In this document: positions 1 through 9,770 of the stretch, piece after piece
Layout: each line of letters starts with the position of its first letter
Numbering within the stretch: position 1 is the stretch's first letter
Source of the DNA: Pseudooceanicola sp.
GTDB taxonomy: Bacteria > Pseudomonadota > Alphaproteobacteria > Rhodobacterales > Rhodobacteraceae
Reading direction: 5' to 3'
Length of the DNA: 64,000 nucleotides
Assembly (NCBI GenBank): GCA_050633485.1
Contig: JBOEGP010000026.1
Coordinates: 39,747-103,746 of the forward strand
Program-made: the position numbers and the translations under genes
The notes under the pieces: model-generated
Told to the model about the DNA's origin: nothing
The model's input: only the letters and a program-made list of their open reading frames with translations
Database searches by the model: none

Positions 1-359
1 ATCGGCTGATCATACCAGACCTGTGGCATCTTGAAATCTTCGGGGTTCATCTTGGTCGCTTTTGGATCCCACAGATACCGGTTGGCGCGCGCCTGGCGCA
101 GGTGCTGTTCAAACACCAGGCAATCGCGCATCTGAACCGGTACGGGCACCGGCGCCTTTAACCGCACGGCTGCCACGTCTTCCTTGGGGGCTGCTGATTG
201 TGCGGCGCGCGCGGCGGCCAGACCTTCGTCGCCGGATTCGATCAGAGCCAGCATTGATGCAAAGGCCGGATTTGCCGATCCTTCGAGAACGGAAATTTGA
301 TTTCCCTCAAGGATTCCAATGGCCTGTTGTGCGTTCTTTTCAAAAGTGACGAGTTTCAT
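1..359 (-). CDS. Fumarylacetoacetate hydrolase family protein (N-terminal part; runs off the window edge)
   Basis: Not in the ORF track; translated by hand from ATG at 359: MKLVTFEKNAQQAIGIL...PVPVQMRDCLVFEQHL...PQVWYDQP, typical of FAH-family N-termini; ATGA overlap with the GST stop. Confidence 0.8.
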   Translation of the reverse strand, partial: MKLVTFEKNAQQAIGILEGNQISVLEGSANPAFASMLALIESGDEGLAAARAAQSAAPKEDVAAVRLKAPVPVPVQMRDCLVFEQHLRQARANRYLWDPKATKMNPEDFKMPQVWYDQP

Positions 360-1102
360 GCCTCTTCCTTTAAGTCCTGATATATATCCGACACCCGCGA
401 ACCGGGCGCATAGGTTTGGTCGAAAGCGGGTCGCGCCTGAATGGCCACCCACCAGCGCGCGAAGTGTTCGTGATTGGCCCAAAGCGCACCCAGCCCAAGA
501 TCGCGCATCCGGTCAATCGTGGGCACAACGCAAAAATCCGCCAACGTCAGCGCATCACCGCACAACCATTCGGATTTGGCCAGCGTGGCATCCATCCGGT
601 CCACGGTTTCGCGCAACCGGTCAATCGATTCATCAAGACGGGCCTTGGAAAACCCGTGTCGCCCCATTTCCTGATAAAACGTGCGTCTAAGTGTGCGTTT
701 TTCGGTGTCCGCCGTCAGGTCTTGTTCGGTTAGATCTTTGCGATGGCGGATGAACACCTTGTTGAAACTGGGAATGCGGATCGCGGTTGTTGGCACCTCT
801 TCGATGAACCGTAACCATTTGCGCATTTTTGCACGCCCCAGCGGCGAAGCAGGCGACAGCGGCCTGTCCGCAAAAACGTCGTCCAGATATTCCATGATAA
901 CCGAACTGTCCAAGACCGGTTGTCCGTCATGCAACAGCGTCGGCACCACCCCGTCAGGGTTCAGCGCCAGATAGGCGGGCGTGAGGTGTTCCTTTGCGCG
1001 AAAATCAATCCGCGTGTCGGTAAAATCCAGCCCCTTTTCAAACAGCGTTAGCCGCACCTTTTGCGAACAGGTGGAAATCGGATTGTTAAGCAATTCCAAC
1101 AT
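356..1102 (-). CDS. Glutathione S-transferase family protein
   Basis: STCSQKVRL...LNPDGVVPTL...DSSVIMEYLDD N-domain; WLCGDALTLAD C-domain; start trimmed to MLELLNNP. Confidence 0.92.
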   Translation of the reverse strand: MLELLNNPISTCSQKVRLTLFEKGLDFTDTRIDFRAKEHLTPAYLALNPDGVVPTLLHDGQPVLDSSVIMEYLDDVFADRPLSPASPLGRAKMRKWLRFIEEVPTTAIRIPSFNKVFIRHRKDLTEQDLTADTEKRTLRRTFYQEMGRHGFSKARLDESIDRLRETVDRMDATLAKSEWLCGDALTLADFCVVPTIDRMRDLGLGALWANHEHFARWWVAIQARPAFDQTYAPGSRVSDIYQDLKEEA

Positions 1103-1106
1103 GATA

Positions 1107-2102
1107 TCAGGCCCTATTGTGGCATTCACACGGGCCGTCATGCGGGCATTCCGCGCCATGACGATACCGCAGCATTTGTGCCATGATATCCTCGCGGCTG
1201 GGATCCACCCGGCCGCCTGACAATTCCTTGTAAACATTGGCGACATTGGCCACGACCCGTTCGCGATCCAGCCATGAATCAAATTCGGCGTAACCGACTT
1301 CGTATGCGGCTTCGTCCCATGTCAGACCGGCCATGTACGCCGCGGTTGCCTGATCACGCACCTGAACCAGATAATCACGCAAACCGCGCACCGCGTCCTT
1401 TCCACACACGGCGCCATGCCCCGGAACCACCGTATCCACGTCCAGCCCAAGGATGAAATCACATGCCGTGATCCAATTGCCGATCGGCCCCGCCCAGATG
1501 ATCGGGTGGCCACCGTGGAACACAAGATCACCGGTATAGACCGTGCGCGCATCGGGCACATGCACCACGATGTCCCCGCGCGTATGGGCCGGGCCCAGCT
1601 CGGTCAATTCGACCCGGCGCCCGCCGACATCAAGGGACATGGTGCCGTTGAACGTTTCGCTAGGCGGCAAATGCCCAATGTCCGAAAAATCAAACCGCGA
1701 TCCCATGGTTTCCGTAAAGAACTGTCCATAAGCCCCGAATTTCGCGGGATCTTTGATCACCTCATGCACACGCGACGCCGGGCGTTCCTCCATTTCCTCC
1801 AGGCAGGCGGTCGAACCGATGATCCGCGCGCCTTTTACCAGGTGGTTGCCATAGGTGTGATCACCGTTGGAATGGGTGTTGACCAGAACGTCGATGACAT
1901 CGGCCGCCGGCACCGCCTTGCGATAGGCATCAAGCATGTCCTGTGTCAGCCGCCCGGTGAACAAGGTGTCCACCATCAACACGCGGTCATCATCCCCTGC
2001 GATCAGGCCGGAATTGCTCCACCCCCAGGACCCATCGCCCTGCACCCAGGCAAAAAGACCGTTGCCAAGCTCCTGTAGCGTGCGCTCGGTATCCTCATAC
2101 AT
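1107..2102 (-). CDS. MBL-fold metallo-hydrolase (cyclase/glyoxalase II-like)
   Basis: THSNGDH, AHTRGD, TGDL and VPGHG metal motifs; AGGA RBS upstream of MYEDT. Confidence 0.9.
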   Translation of the reverse strand: MYEDTERTLQELGNGLFAWVQGDGSWGWSNSGLIAGDDDRVLMVDTLFTGRLTQDMLDAYRKAVPAADVIDVLVNTHSNGDHTYGNHLVKGARIIGSTACLEEMEERPASRVHEVIKDPAKFGAYGQFFTETMGSRFDFSDIGHLPPSETFNGTMSLDVGGRRVELTELGPAHTRGDIVVHVPDARTVYTGDLVFHGGHPIIWAGPIGNWITACDFILGLDVDTVVPGHGAVCGKDAVRGLRDYLVQVRDQATAAYMAGLTWDEAAYEVGYAEFDSWLDRERVVANVANVYKELSGGRVDPSREDIMAQMLRYRHGAECPHDGPCECHNRA

Positions 2103-2115
2103 CGGGTATTCCTTC

Positions 2116-3420
2116 CTAAAGCAATCCGGTGGCCAGCCAAGGCAACGCCAGAACCAGCGCGACCATGAACACCATGACCAGCGCGAATGGCGCCGCCCCG
2201 GCAAAAATGTCGTTCAATGTGATGCGCGGATCGTCGATGTTCGCCTTTATGACGAAACATGCGACCCCAAGCGGCGGGGTCAGCAATCCGACCTCGACCG
2301 CGATAATGGTCACCACCCCGAACCAGACAAGATCAACGCCGAACGGCTGAACCACCGGCAGGATCAATGGCAACAATATCAAAAGGATAGATGAACTATC
2401 CAGAATCGTTCCCAACAGAATGATCGCCACCAGATACAGCACAAGGATCCCATAAAGACCCAATTCCCAAGACGCCATAAGGCCCGTCATCGCCCCCGGC
2501 AATCCGGTCAGCGCCAACAGGCGCGAATACATATGCGCCGCGATGATCAGGAACGTGATCGATGCCGTGACCTGCCCAGTTTCCAACAGGATGCGCCCGA
2601 CCTCTCGGCCAGATAACCGCCCTTTGACGAGGGCAATGATCAACGCGCCCAATGCGCCGACGCCGCCTGCCTCGGTCGGGGTGAAAAAGCCGCCATAGAT
2701 CCCGCCAAGGACAAGAACGATCAACGCCAGAATGGGGGCCGATTTGAACAGCATCACACTGCGCGGCATTTCAGGCAGGTCCGTTGCCTCGGGCGTGCCG
2801 GTAAATCCGGGCGCGAAACGCGCCATGCCAAGGATCAGCAGGCAAAAGAACGTGGCAAGGACCAGACCGGGAATGATCCCTGCGGTGAACAGGTCACCGA
2901 TCGAAACCTCGGCAATGATGCCAAACAGGATCAACAGCAATGATGGCGGGATCAGCATGCCAAGAACCGATGACCCGGCCACCACGCCCACGGAAAACCG
3001 TGGGGTATACCCCTGCCGGATCAATTCCGGCACGGCCACCTTGGTAAACACCGACGCAGACGCAATCGACGTGCCGTTGACCGCCGCAAAGACCGCATTG
3101 GCAAACACCGTGGCAATGCCCAACCCCCCGCGGAACCGTCGGAACAACTGCCCCGCCACATCGAAAACGTCACGCCCCAATCCGCAGGCGCCCACCAGAA
3201 CGCCCATCAACACGAACAACGGGATCACCCCAAAAGAATACCGCGCAACCCCGTCCAGTGCCGCATGGCTAAGAAGCTTTCCAGCGATCAGGAATTTCCC
3301 CTTGACCAGGAAAACGCCAAAGAAACTGACGGTCATCAGGGCAATCGCAACATGCATGCCCAACTGGATGAACACCAGGATTGCAACGATGGACGCGATG
3401 CCGATTTCAACGTTACTCAT
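2116..3420 (-). CDS. dctM: TRAP transporter large permease
   Basis: IPLFVLMG, LGMLIPPS, FTPTEA and LTPPLG motifs; highly hydrophobic, 434 aa. Confidence 0.95.
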   Translation of the reverse strand: MSNVEIGIASIVAILVFIQLGMHVAIALMTVSFFGVFLVKGKFLIAGKLLSHAALDGVARYSFGVIPLFVLMGVLVGACGLGRDVFDVAGQLFRRFRGGLGIATVFANAVFAAVNGTSIASASVFTKVAVPELIRQGYTPRFSVGVVAGSSVLGMLIPPSLLLILFGIIAEVSIGDLFTAGIIPGLVLATFFCLLILGMARFAPGFTGTPEATDLPEMPRSVMLFKSAPILALIVLVLGGIYGGFFTPTEAGGVGALGALIIALVKGRLSGREVGRILLETGQVTASITFLIIAAHMYSRLLALTGLPGAMTGLMASWELGLYGILVLYLVAIILLGTILDSSSILLILLPLILPVVQPFGVDLVWFGVVTIIAVEVGLLTPPLGVACFVIKANIDDPRITLNDIFAGAAPFALVMVFMVALVLALPWLATGLL

Positions 3421-3974
3421 ACCTTAGCCCCGCGCCCCAATGCCCTGAGAAACAAGCCGATTGTCAGCATCGCGAATTGCACAAGCGTCAGCGCGCAACC
3501 CACAAGAACGCAGGTGACAAAAGGCCATCGCGGCATGGTGAATATCCCGTAGAGCCCAACGGTTTCATTTCCTTCGATGCTCTCCAGGATCTCGGGGCCG
3601 ACATAGCGCATCAGAATGGCCAGCATGATGGTGCCAACCAGATGATGAAACGCATCCAGCCAATCCCCCGACCGTTCCGACCGCGCCCTGAGCCGGGACA
3701 AAAGCATATCCGAGCGCACGTTGCGCCCCGCCGCGGTGGCCTGCGGCAGTTGCAGAAACACGATTGCGACGATGGCCGCGCTTACGATTTCTGCGGTGGC
3801 AGGCACGGGTGTCCCGAACGCGCCACGCCCGACCACGTCGGCATTGATGATCGCCATGATCCCAAGCGTGCCAAGCCCACCTATGATGGCCAGGGCCAGT
3901 GCCGCCCGATTAAGCCAGAGCGACACCACACCGCCGGGCAGTCCCGGCGATGTGGCTTGGTCTGTGTCGCTCAC
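3417..3974 (-). CDS. dctQ: TRAP transporter small permease
   Basis: About 4 TM segments, ADVVGR motif, lies between dctP and dctM with 4-nt overlaps. Confidence 0.9.
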   Translation of the reverse strand: MSDTDQATSPGLPGGVVSLWLNRAALALAIIGGLGTLGIMAIINADVVGRGAFGTPVPATAEIVSAAIVAIVFLQLPQATAAGRNVRSDMLLSRLRARSERSGDWLDAFHHLVGTIMLAILMRYVGPEILESIEGNETVGLYGIFTMPRWPFVTCVLVGCALTLVQFAMLTIGLFLRALGRGAKV

Positions 3975-5038
3975 ATGTCACCCCATTGGCGGGCATGGGT
4001 GATCCCCGCCTCTTTGGACAGGCGCATGTAGGTTTCCAGCGTCTTGGACCCAGGAAGCCCCTGGGAATCCAGTTTCTTGGCCCATTCCACCGCGATTTCA
4101 GGCAGCTTTTGCGCATAGGCCGAACGCACGTCATCCGACAATTCGCTGATCTTTGCGCCGTTTTCGACCGCCTTGGCCAGCGATGCCTGTCCGCCCGACC
4201 GATAGGAATTCGCCGCAATGTCGCGGTATTCATCCGCAACGGTCTGAATGGCCGCCTGAACATCGGCGGGCAGATCGTTCCAGGTGTCCAGGTTCACGGT
4301 CAGTGCGGATGCGTACATCGCCCCGAAGTTGATCTTGGTCACATAGGGGGCGACCTCGTAAAACTTGTAGGGGGCAACAACGGATTCAAACGTCATGATC
4401 CCATCATAAAGCCCTGTGGACATTGAATTATAAAAGCTGGGCAAGGCCCCCGCGACAGGAATGGCACCTGTGTCCTTAAGCCAGTTCAAGGCAAGTCCGG
4501 CTGTGCCGATCTTGCGGCCCTCCAGATCGGCGGGCGATGTGATCGGGAAATTGGTCACGAAATGATAGGTGTCGATCCCAACAGGCGCGATCACCTTTTG
4601 GTTGTTCTTGGCCCAACCGGCATTAATTTCGGGGATTTCTTCGTGCAGCTTGGCAATCACGCCCATCAGCTTGATCAGATCATCGGTGCCAAACGGGGTG
4701 ACATAGGTGATCTGTTCCAATGGCAATTTGTCGCCTTCGAACAAATGCGGGACATAGCCAAATTCGGCAATGCCGTCATCAACGGCCTCAAGCACGCCGC
4801 GCACATCTGCGACAGCCCCGGCATAGGCTTCGGTCCAGGTGACGGTATGGCCCAGGGCCTCAAGCCGCTTGGTGACTTCGGGCACAAAATGATCGCTGAT
4901 CGCTGAAACACCGCGTGTGATCGGCGGATGGCCGGCCACAATGGTCCAGTTGTAATCTTCGGCCAAAGCTGGCGCAGCCAATGTCATGGCCAGCATCGAA
5001 GCGGTTCCCAGCCGTTGGAATTCTGTCAATTTGGTCAT
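3971..5038 (-). CDS. dctP: TRAP transporter substrate-binding protein
   Basis: Signal peptide (APALA); ADLEGRKI, YNSMSTGLYDG and WNDLPADVQ motifs. Confidence 0.92.
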   Translation of the reverse strand: MTKLTEFQRLGTASMLAMTLAAPALAEDYNWTIVAGHPPITRGVSAISDHFVPEVTKRLEALGHTVTWTEAYAGAVADVRGVLEAVDDGIAEFGYVPHLFEGDKLPLEQITYVTPFGTDDLIKLMGVIAKLHEEIPEINAGWAKNNQKVIAPVGIDTYHFVTNFPITSPADLEGRKIGTAGLALNWLKDTGAIPVAGALPSFYNSMSTGLYDGIMTFESVVAPYKFYEVAPYVTKINFGAMYASALTVNLDTWNDLPADVQAAIQTVADEYRDIAANSYRSGGQASLAKAVENGAKISELSDDVRSAYAQKLPEIAVEWAKKLDSQGLPGSKTLETYMRLSKEAGITHARQWGDM

Positions 5039-5127
5039 TCTTCCTCCCTCGCGGCCTTTGGGGCCGCTGTATTGATTGGCATCGGCGCCGGGCCGGGCCG
5101 GTATGGCCCCGCCCCGCGTGAGGCAAT

Positions 5128-5145
5128 TTCAAACACGTGTTTAAA
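5128..5145. promoter_or_regulatory. Palindromic operator TTCAAACACGTGTTTAAA (TetR/PsrA-like) in the divergent promoter
   Basis: Perfect 12-bp palindrome AAACACGTGTTT at 5131-5142, AT-rich, between divergent dctP and the enoyl-CoA hydratase. Confidence 0.6.
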
Positions 5146-5243
5146 TCCTGTGTTAGCAGACTTGTGGAGTCAACCCTGTCCGACGTTGCCCATTCACGCC
5201 AAATCCGCCACGGTCCGACCATTGACCGGAGGAGAACACGACC

Positions 5244-6041
5244 ATGAGCGAAATCGAACACGTCACTTATGAGGTGGAAAGACGCGTCGCGACGATTAGC
5301 CTTAATCACCCAGAAGAGTTGAATTCATGGGCGATCGAGCTTGAGTACGGCTTGCGCGACGCCATCGCCCGCGCGACAGCCGATGACGATGTGCGCGCGA
5401 TTGTCCTGACCGGCAAGGGGCGCGCCTTTTGTGTTGGCGCATCGATGCAAAACCTGGCCAAACGCGCGGACGGCAAGGCGCTTCCGCCCACGCATGAACG
5501 TAAACCCGGCGATCTGGAGCAGCGCTATTCCTATTTGATGGCGACCCCGAAACCAATCATCGCGGCGATCAACGGTGGCATTGCCGGGGTCGGCTTTTGC
5601 CTGGCGTTGTATTGCGACATCCGGTTCATGGCCCAATCCGCCAAGCTTTCCACAGCCTTTGCCAAACGTGGATTGGTGGCCGAACACGCATCAGCCTGGC
5701 TGTTGCGGCAATTGGTTGGGCCAATGAACGCGGCCGACATGCTGTTTACCGCCCGCCGGATCGCCGGACCCGAGGCCGACAAATTGGGATTTGCACGTTG
5801 CCTGCCTGATGACGGGTTTCTCAAGGCGGTTCAGGATTACGCGGCTGAAATGGCCAATTTTTCATCCCCCCGATCCCTGCGCCTGATGAAGGAGCAAATA
5901 TGGGAGGCCCAGTTTCAGACATTGGCCGAAGCAACCCACAAATCCGAAGACCAGATCATCGCATGCCGCGACACCGAGGATTATCGCGAAGGATCGGCGC
6001 ATTTCATCGAAAAACGCGCGCCCAATTTTACCGGACGCTAA
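5244..6041 (+). CDS. Enoyl-CoA hydratase/isomerase (crotonase family)
   Basis: GRAFCVGA, PKPIIAAING, EKRAPNFTGR; GGAG RBS. Confidence 0.95.
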   Translation: MSEIEHVTYEVERRVATISLNHPEELNSWAIELEYGLRDAIARATADDDVRAIVLTGKGRAFCVGASMQNLAKRADGKALPPTHERKPGDLEQRYSYLMATPKPIIAAINGGIAGVGFCLALYCDIRFMAQSAKLSTAFAKRGLVAEHASAWLLRQLVGPMNAADMLFTARRIAGPEADKLGFARCLPDDGFLKAVQDYAAEMANFSSPRSLRLMKEQIWEAQFQTLAEATHKSEDQIIACRDTEDYREGSAHFIEKRAPNFTGR

Positions 6042-6061
6042 CCGCACCCGGCATCAAACGA

Positions 6062-6093
6062 AAACGGGCGGCCCTGATATGGGCCGCCCGTTT
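6062..6093. terminator. Bidirectional rho-independent terminator
   Basis: AAACGGGCGGCCC-loop-GGGCCGCCCGTTT between convergent genes. Confidence 0.8.
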
Positions 6094-6116
6094 CCTTTGC
6101 GTTCCAACTGGCGCAA

Positions 6117-7277
6117 TCAGCGCAGGCCAAGCCCGCGCGCGACAATCCCGCGCAGGATTTCGGTTGTTCCGCCCTGAATGGTCAGCTTTGGCGCCATCCG
6201 GGTAAAGAAATCCATCCGGTCACGATAGGCGGCCACGTCATATTCATCGTAATCCATCAATGAAATCAGTGTGCGCAGTTCCTTGGGCAATGCCTGATCC
6301 CACACCGTGCCCAAATCCTTGACGATCGAAGCTTCGGTGACCGGTTCACGCCCGGCCTGAAGCATCCCAGCGACCGACACGGACATGCGCCGCATCGTGT
6401 GAAGCTGTGCGATCAAACGTCCCAGCCCTTCTTGCAGGCGGGGATCCTGGGTGCCCTGAACCGCCCCAAGAAACGCGCGCATCGCCCCAAAGGTTTCCAG
6501 GAACCGTTCCGGGCCTGACCGTTCAAACGCCAATTCGCTGGTGGCCTGTTTCCAGGCGCCGTCGATTTCACCGATCACGTTGTCATCGGGCAGGAACACG
6601 TCGTCAAACTGCACTTCGTTGAATTCGGGGATTCCGGTGATCTGGGTGATCGGATTCACAGTCACACCATCGGCGTGCATGTCCACAAGGAACGAGGTCA
6701 GACCGTGACGCCGATTTTCCTTGGTGTTGGACGATGTGCGGAACAGCCCGATCATGTAATCGGCGTTCTGCGCGCCGGATGTCCAGATTTTGGCACCGTT
6801 CAACCGCCAGCCGCCGTCAACCTTGGTCGCCTTGGCCTGTGCTGCGAACAGGTCAGACCCTGAGTTCGGTTCGCTCATCCCGATGCAGAACATCGCTTCG
6901 CCCGCGATGATCTTTGGCAGGACTTCGGCCTTGATGGATTCCGATGCATAGCGGATCAGCGTTGGCCCACTTTGCCGGTCGGCCACGAAATAGCGCCGGG
7001 TCGGGGCCCGCGCGACAAGCATTTCCTCGGATACGACATAGCGTTCCAGAAATGAACGTTCCTGCCCGCCATAGGCGCGCGGCCAGGCCATCCCGATCCA
7101 GCCCTTGGCGGCGACGGCTTTGCCGAATGCGGCCATAGATTCATAGGAATGTTCGGTGGAATTCGGATCGTATACGCCCTTGGCGATCTGATCCGCGATA
7201 AAGGCGCGCACCTCAAGGCGCAGGTCCTGGCAGAAATCCGGCAGGCGAATTGGGTCGAAACGTAGTGCAACTGTCAT
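6117..7277 (-). CDS. Acyl-CoA dehydrogenase (likely catalytic subunit of a pair)
   Basis: CIGMSEPNSGSDL, LNGAKIWTS, FNEVQFDDV, LAFER, TIQGGTTEI. Confidence 0.93.
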   Translation of the reverse strand: MTVALRFDPIRLPDFCQDLRLEVRAFIADQIAKGVYDPNSTEHSYESMAAFGKAVAAKGWIGMAWPRAYGGQERSFLERYVVSEEMLVARAPTRRYFVADRQSGPTLIRYASESIKAEVLPKIIAGEAMFCIGMSEPNSGSDLFAAQAKATKVDGGWRLNGAKIWTSGAQNADYMIGLFRTSSNTKENRRHGLTSFLVDMHADGVTVNPITQITGIPEFNEVQFDDVFLPDDNVIGEIDGAWKQATSELAFERSGPERFLETFGAMRAFLGAVQGTQDPRLQEGLGRLIAQLHTMRRMSVSVAGMLQAGREPVTEASIVKDLGTVWDQALPKELRTLISLMDYDEYDVAAYRDRMDFFTRMAPKLTIQGGTTEILRGIVARGLGLR

Positions 7278-7290
7278 TTGTCTTGTCTCC

Positions 7291-8346
7291 TCACCGGCTG
7301 GCCAGCAACGGCCACAGGCCATCGGCCCCGCCCGCGGCAACCAAAGTGCCAAGTTTCAGCGCCCAATGCGCTTCTGTGCCGTAATCCTCGCGCCAGGCCA
7401 ACGCGTTCAGCGTCAGGCGATGCAAGGGGTGTTCAGCGGTGAACCCGATGGCCCCGTGCACCTGATGGGCAATGGCGCTGGCGGTTTCGGCGGCCTCTCC
7501 GCAGCGCACCTTGGCGGCAGCAACTTCAAGCAACAGCGCCGAACCTTCGTCGCCACTTGCCAATGTGTCCGCGGCGGACCCGGCCGCGCTGACAGCGGCG
7601 GCGCATTCTTCGCCCAGACGGGCCAACAGGTGCTGCACCGCTTGAAACCGCGAAATCGTGCGTTCGAACGCCTTGCGCTCCAGTGCATATTCCACCGACA
7701 CGTTCAGCATCGTTTCCAACGATCCGGCCATCTGGTTGGCGCGCGCGGTCGCGGCCATTTCTGTCAGCGTCGCGGCGCGTCCGGCGGCGACCTGTTCCAA
7801 CGCGGCAACACCGTCCACGCGCACGAAATCCAGCGGTTCGTAGGAAAGCGACTGTCCTTCGACGATCTGACAAGCCTTCGGATCGATCACCGCGATCACC
7901 GGCCCATCCGGCCCGTCACACAAGGCCACGAATGCCGCCGCATGGCGCGCAAAGGGCACCTCGGGGCATTGCCCGGTGACAATGCCGCCCGCATCAATCG
8001 CCAGCCGTCCGCGCGGTTCCGGCACCAAGGGCACCAATTGGCCTTCACGCAGGTCCAACCCCGTAACGCCAAGCGCCCAGTTGGCCAGCATCGTTTCCGC
8101 CAGGGGGATCGAAACGCCCCACCGACCGGATGCCCGCAGCAGATCGAACGCCTGCACTAGGGTCAGCCCGACACCGCCCGCATCCTCGGGCACCATGGCA
8201 AGGGTCAGGCCGTTTTCTTCGACCGCCTGCCAGAGCGGCGCTTTGTAAGCGTCGTCCGTGGCGTGGGCCACCATCTGCAAGTCAGCGAAATCGGTGAAAA
8301 TCCGTTCCGCCGTTGCAATGTGAATGTCATCACTGTCCAATGCCAT
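7291..8346 (-). CDS. Acyl-CoA dehydrogenase, shorter partner subunit
   Basis: RKAFERTISRFQAVQH and HQVHGAIGFT C-terminal motifs; N-terminal motifs degenerate. Confidence 0.88.
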   Translation of the reverse strand: MALDSDDIHIATAERIFTDFADLQMVAHATDDAYKAPLWQAVEENGLTLAMVPEDAGGVGLTLVQAFDLLRASGRWGVSIPLAETMLANWALGVTGLDLREGQLVPLVPEPRGRLAIDAGGIVTGQCPEVPFARHAAAFVALCDGPDGPVIAVIDPKACQIVEGQSLSYEPLDFVRVDGVAALEQVAAGRAATLTEMAATARANQMAGSLETMLNVSVEYALERKAFERTISRFQAVQHLLARLGEECAAAVSAAGSAADTLASGDEGSALLLEVAAAKVRCGEAAETASAIAHQVHGAIGFTAEHPLHRLTLNALAWREDYGTEAHWALKLGTLVAAGGADGLWPLLASR

Positions 8347-8405
8347 GCTGTGTCCTTTTCCAGTTTTTGCGCGCGCAGCGCCCGGTCGGGGCACCCTGCG
8401 CCTAT

Positions 8406-8456
8406 GGACATTCGGGGGGGTGTCGGGGCCACCTGCCCCACGCCCCCCAAATGCCC
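8406..8456. repeat. GC-rich intercistronic stem-loop (REP-like)
   Basis: CATTCGGGGGGGTGTCGGGGC-CACCT-GCCCCACGCCCCCCAAATG imperfect inverted repeat immediately after the CaiB stop. Confidence 0.55.
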
Positions 8457-9689
8457 TTACTCTGCCGCCTGAACGGTCTTGGCCCGGCCAATCACGCCGT
8501 CGTTTTCGAACCCGTCAATCTCGGCATCACTATAGCCCAGTTCGTCCATCAGGACCTGCCGGGAATGTTTTCCAAGGCTTGGCGCGGCGTCGAACGGCAA
8601 TCCCGGTGCATCATGCAGGCGCAGCGGCGATTGTGGTACCACGATCCGCCCAAATTCCGGGTGGTCGATCCACCCAAGCGCGCCGCGAGCATGCATATGT
8701 TGATCGTTCGTCACCTCAAGAAGGTCGCGCACGATTGCATGGGGCACCTTGGTGCGGCCAAAGATTTCGCGCACGTCATCCTTGGAATGCAGCACTGTCC
8801 AGTCACCGATCAACGCGTCGGTCGCATCCATGTTCTTGACCCGTGACGCACGATCGACAAACCGGGGATCGCTGGCCATTTCGGGTTTGTCCATCGCGGC
8901 ACATAGATTGGCGAAATGGGTTTCGTTGGTGCAGATAATCGCAACATACCCGTCGGAACAAGGATAAACGTTATACGGGCACGAGGCCAGACCACCGTGA
9001 CGGTTGCCCGTGCGGGGCGGCGGCTTCTGGGTGTCATAGATCATCCCCAGATTCGACGCCAAAGCCGGGTAAACGCATTCCTGCATCGCCACTTCGACCA
9101 GCTGGCCCTTACCGGTGGCTGTGCGGTGGAACAGCGCGGTCAGGATCGCACCATAAAGATGCGCGCCGGACAGGAAATCAATCACGGCGGGGCCACATTT
9201 GACCGGCGGTCCATCGGGAAACCCGGTAACGCTCATCATCCCCGAGGCGGCCTGAACGGTGATGTCCATGGCCTGGCGATCCTTGTCCGGACCGGTGATC
9301 CCGTATCCTGACCCGCTGGCATAGATCAGACGCGGGTTGATCTTGCGCAGGACTTCGAAACCGACGCCAAGGCGATCCATCACACCGGGCGCATAATTTT
9401 CAATGATCACATCCGCGTCGCGCACCAGATCGCACAAAATCTTTTTGCCCGCCTCGGATTTGAGGTTCAGCGTCATATCACGCTTGTTCTGGTTGAGCAT
9501 GGCAAAAGGCACCGCAGATCCGCGCGACACCTCTTGCCGGATGCGGATGGGTTCGCCCTTTAGCGGTTCAACTTTGATGACATCGGCCCCGGCCTTGGCC
9601 ATCATAAGCGTGCAATAAGGCCCCTGGTATACCTGCGTCAGGTCAATGACGCGAATGCCCGTAAGGGGCAAAACGGCGCTGTCAGTCAT
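8457..9689 (-). CDS. CaiB/BaiF family (class III) CoA-transferase
   Basis: PLTGIRVIDLTQ..GP, GADVIKVEP, NQNKR, ENYAPG, catalytic D in AMDITVQA. Confidence 0.95.
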   Translation of the reverse strand: MTDSAVLPLTGIRVIDLTQVYQGPYCTLMMAKAGADVIKVEPLKGEPIRIRQEVSRGSAVPFAMLNQNKRDMTLNLKSEAGKKILCDLVRDADVIIENYAPGVMDRLGVGFEVLRKINPRLIYASGSGYGITGPDKDRQAMDITVQAASGMMSVTGFPDGPPVKCGPAVIDFLSGAHLYGAILTALFHRTATGKGQLVEVAMQECVYPALASNLGMIYDTQKPPPRTGNRHGGLASCPYNVYPCSDGYVAIICTNETHFANLCAAMDKPEMASDPRFVDRASRVKNMDATDALIGDWTVLHSKDDVREIFGRTKVPHAIVRDLLEVTNDQHMHARGALGWIDHPEFGRIVVPQSPLRLHDAPGLPFDAAPSLGKHSRQVLMDELGYSDAEIDGFENDGVIGRAKTVQAAE

Positions 9690-9770
9690 GGTCGAATATC
9701 CTCCCTGCGCGGATCATGCACTGCGCAGACAGAAGTTTCCATACCAGAATCTACCGATCGGCAAGTTAAC

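Noticed and set aside
9751-9765. CCGATCGG palindrome upstream of the CaiB gene
   Set aside because: An 8-bp GC-rich core is too short to support an operator call
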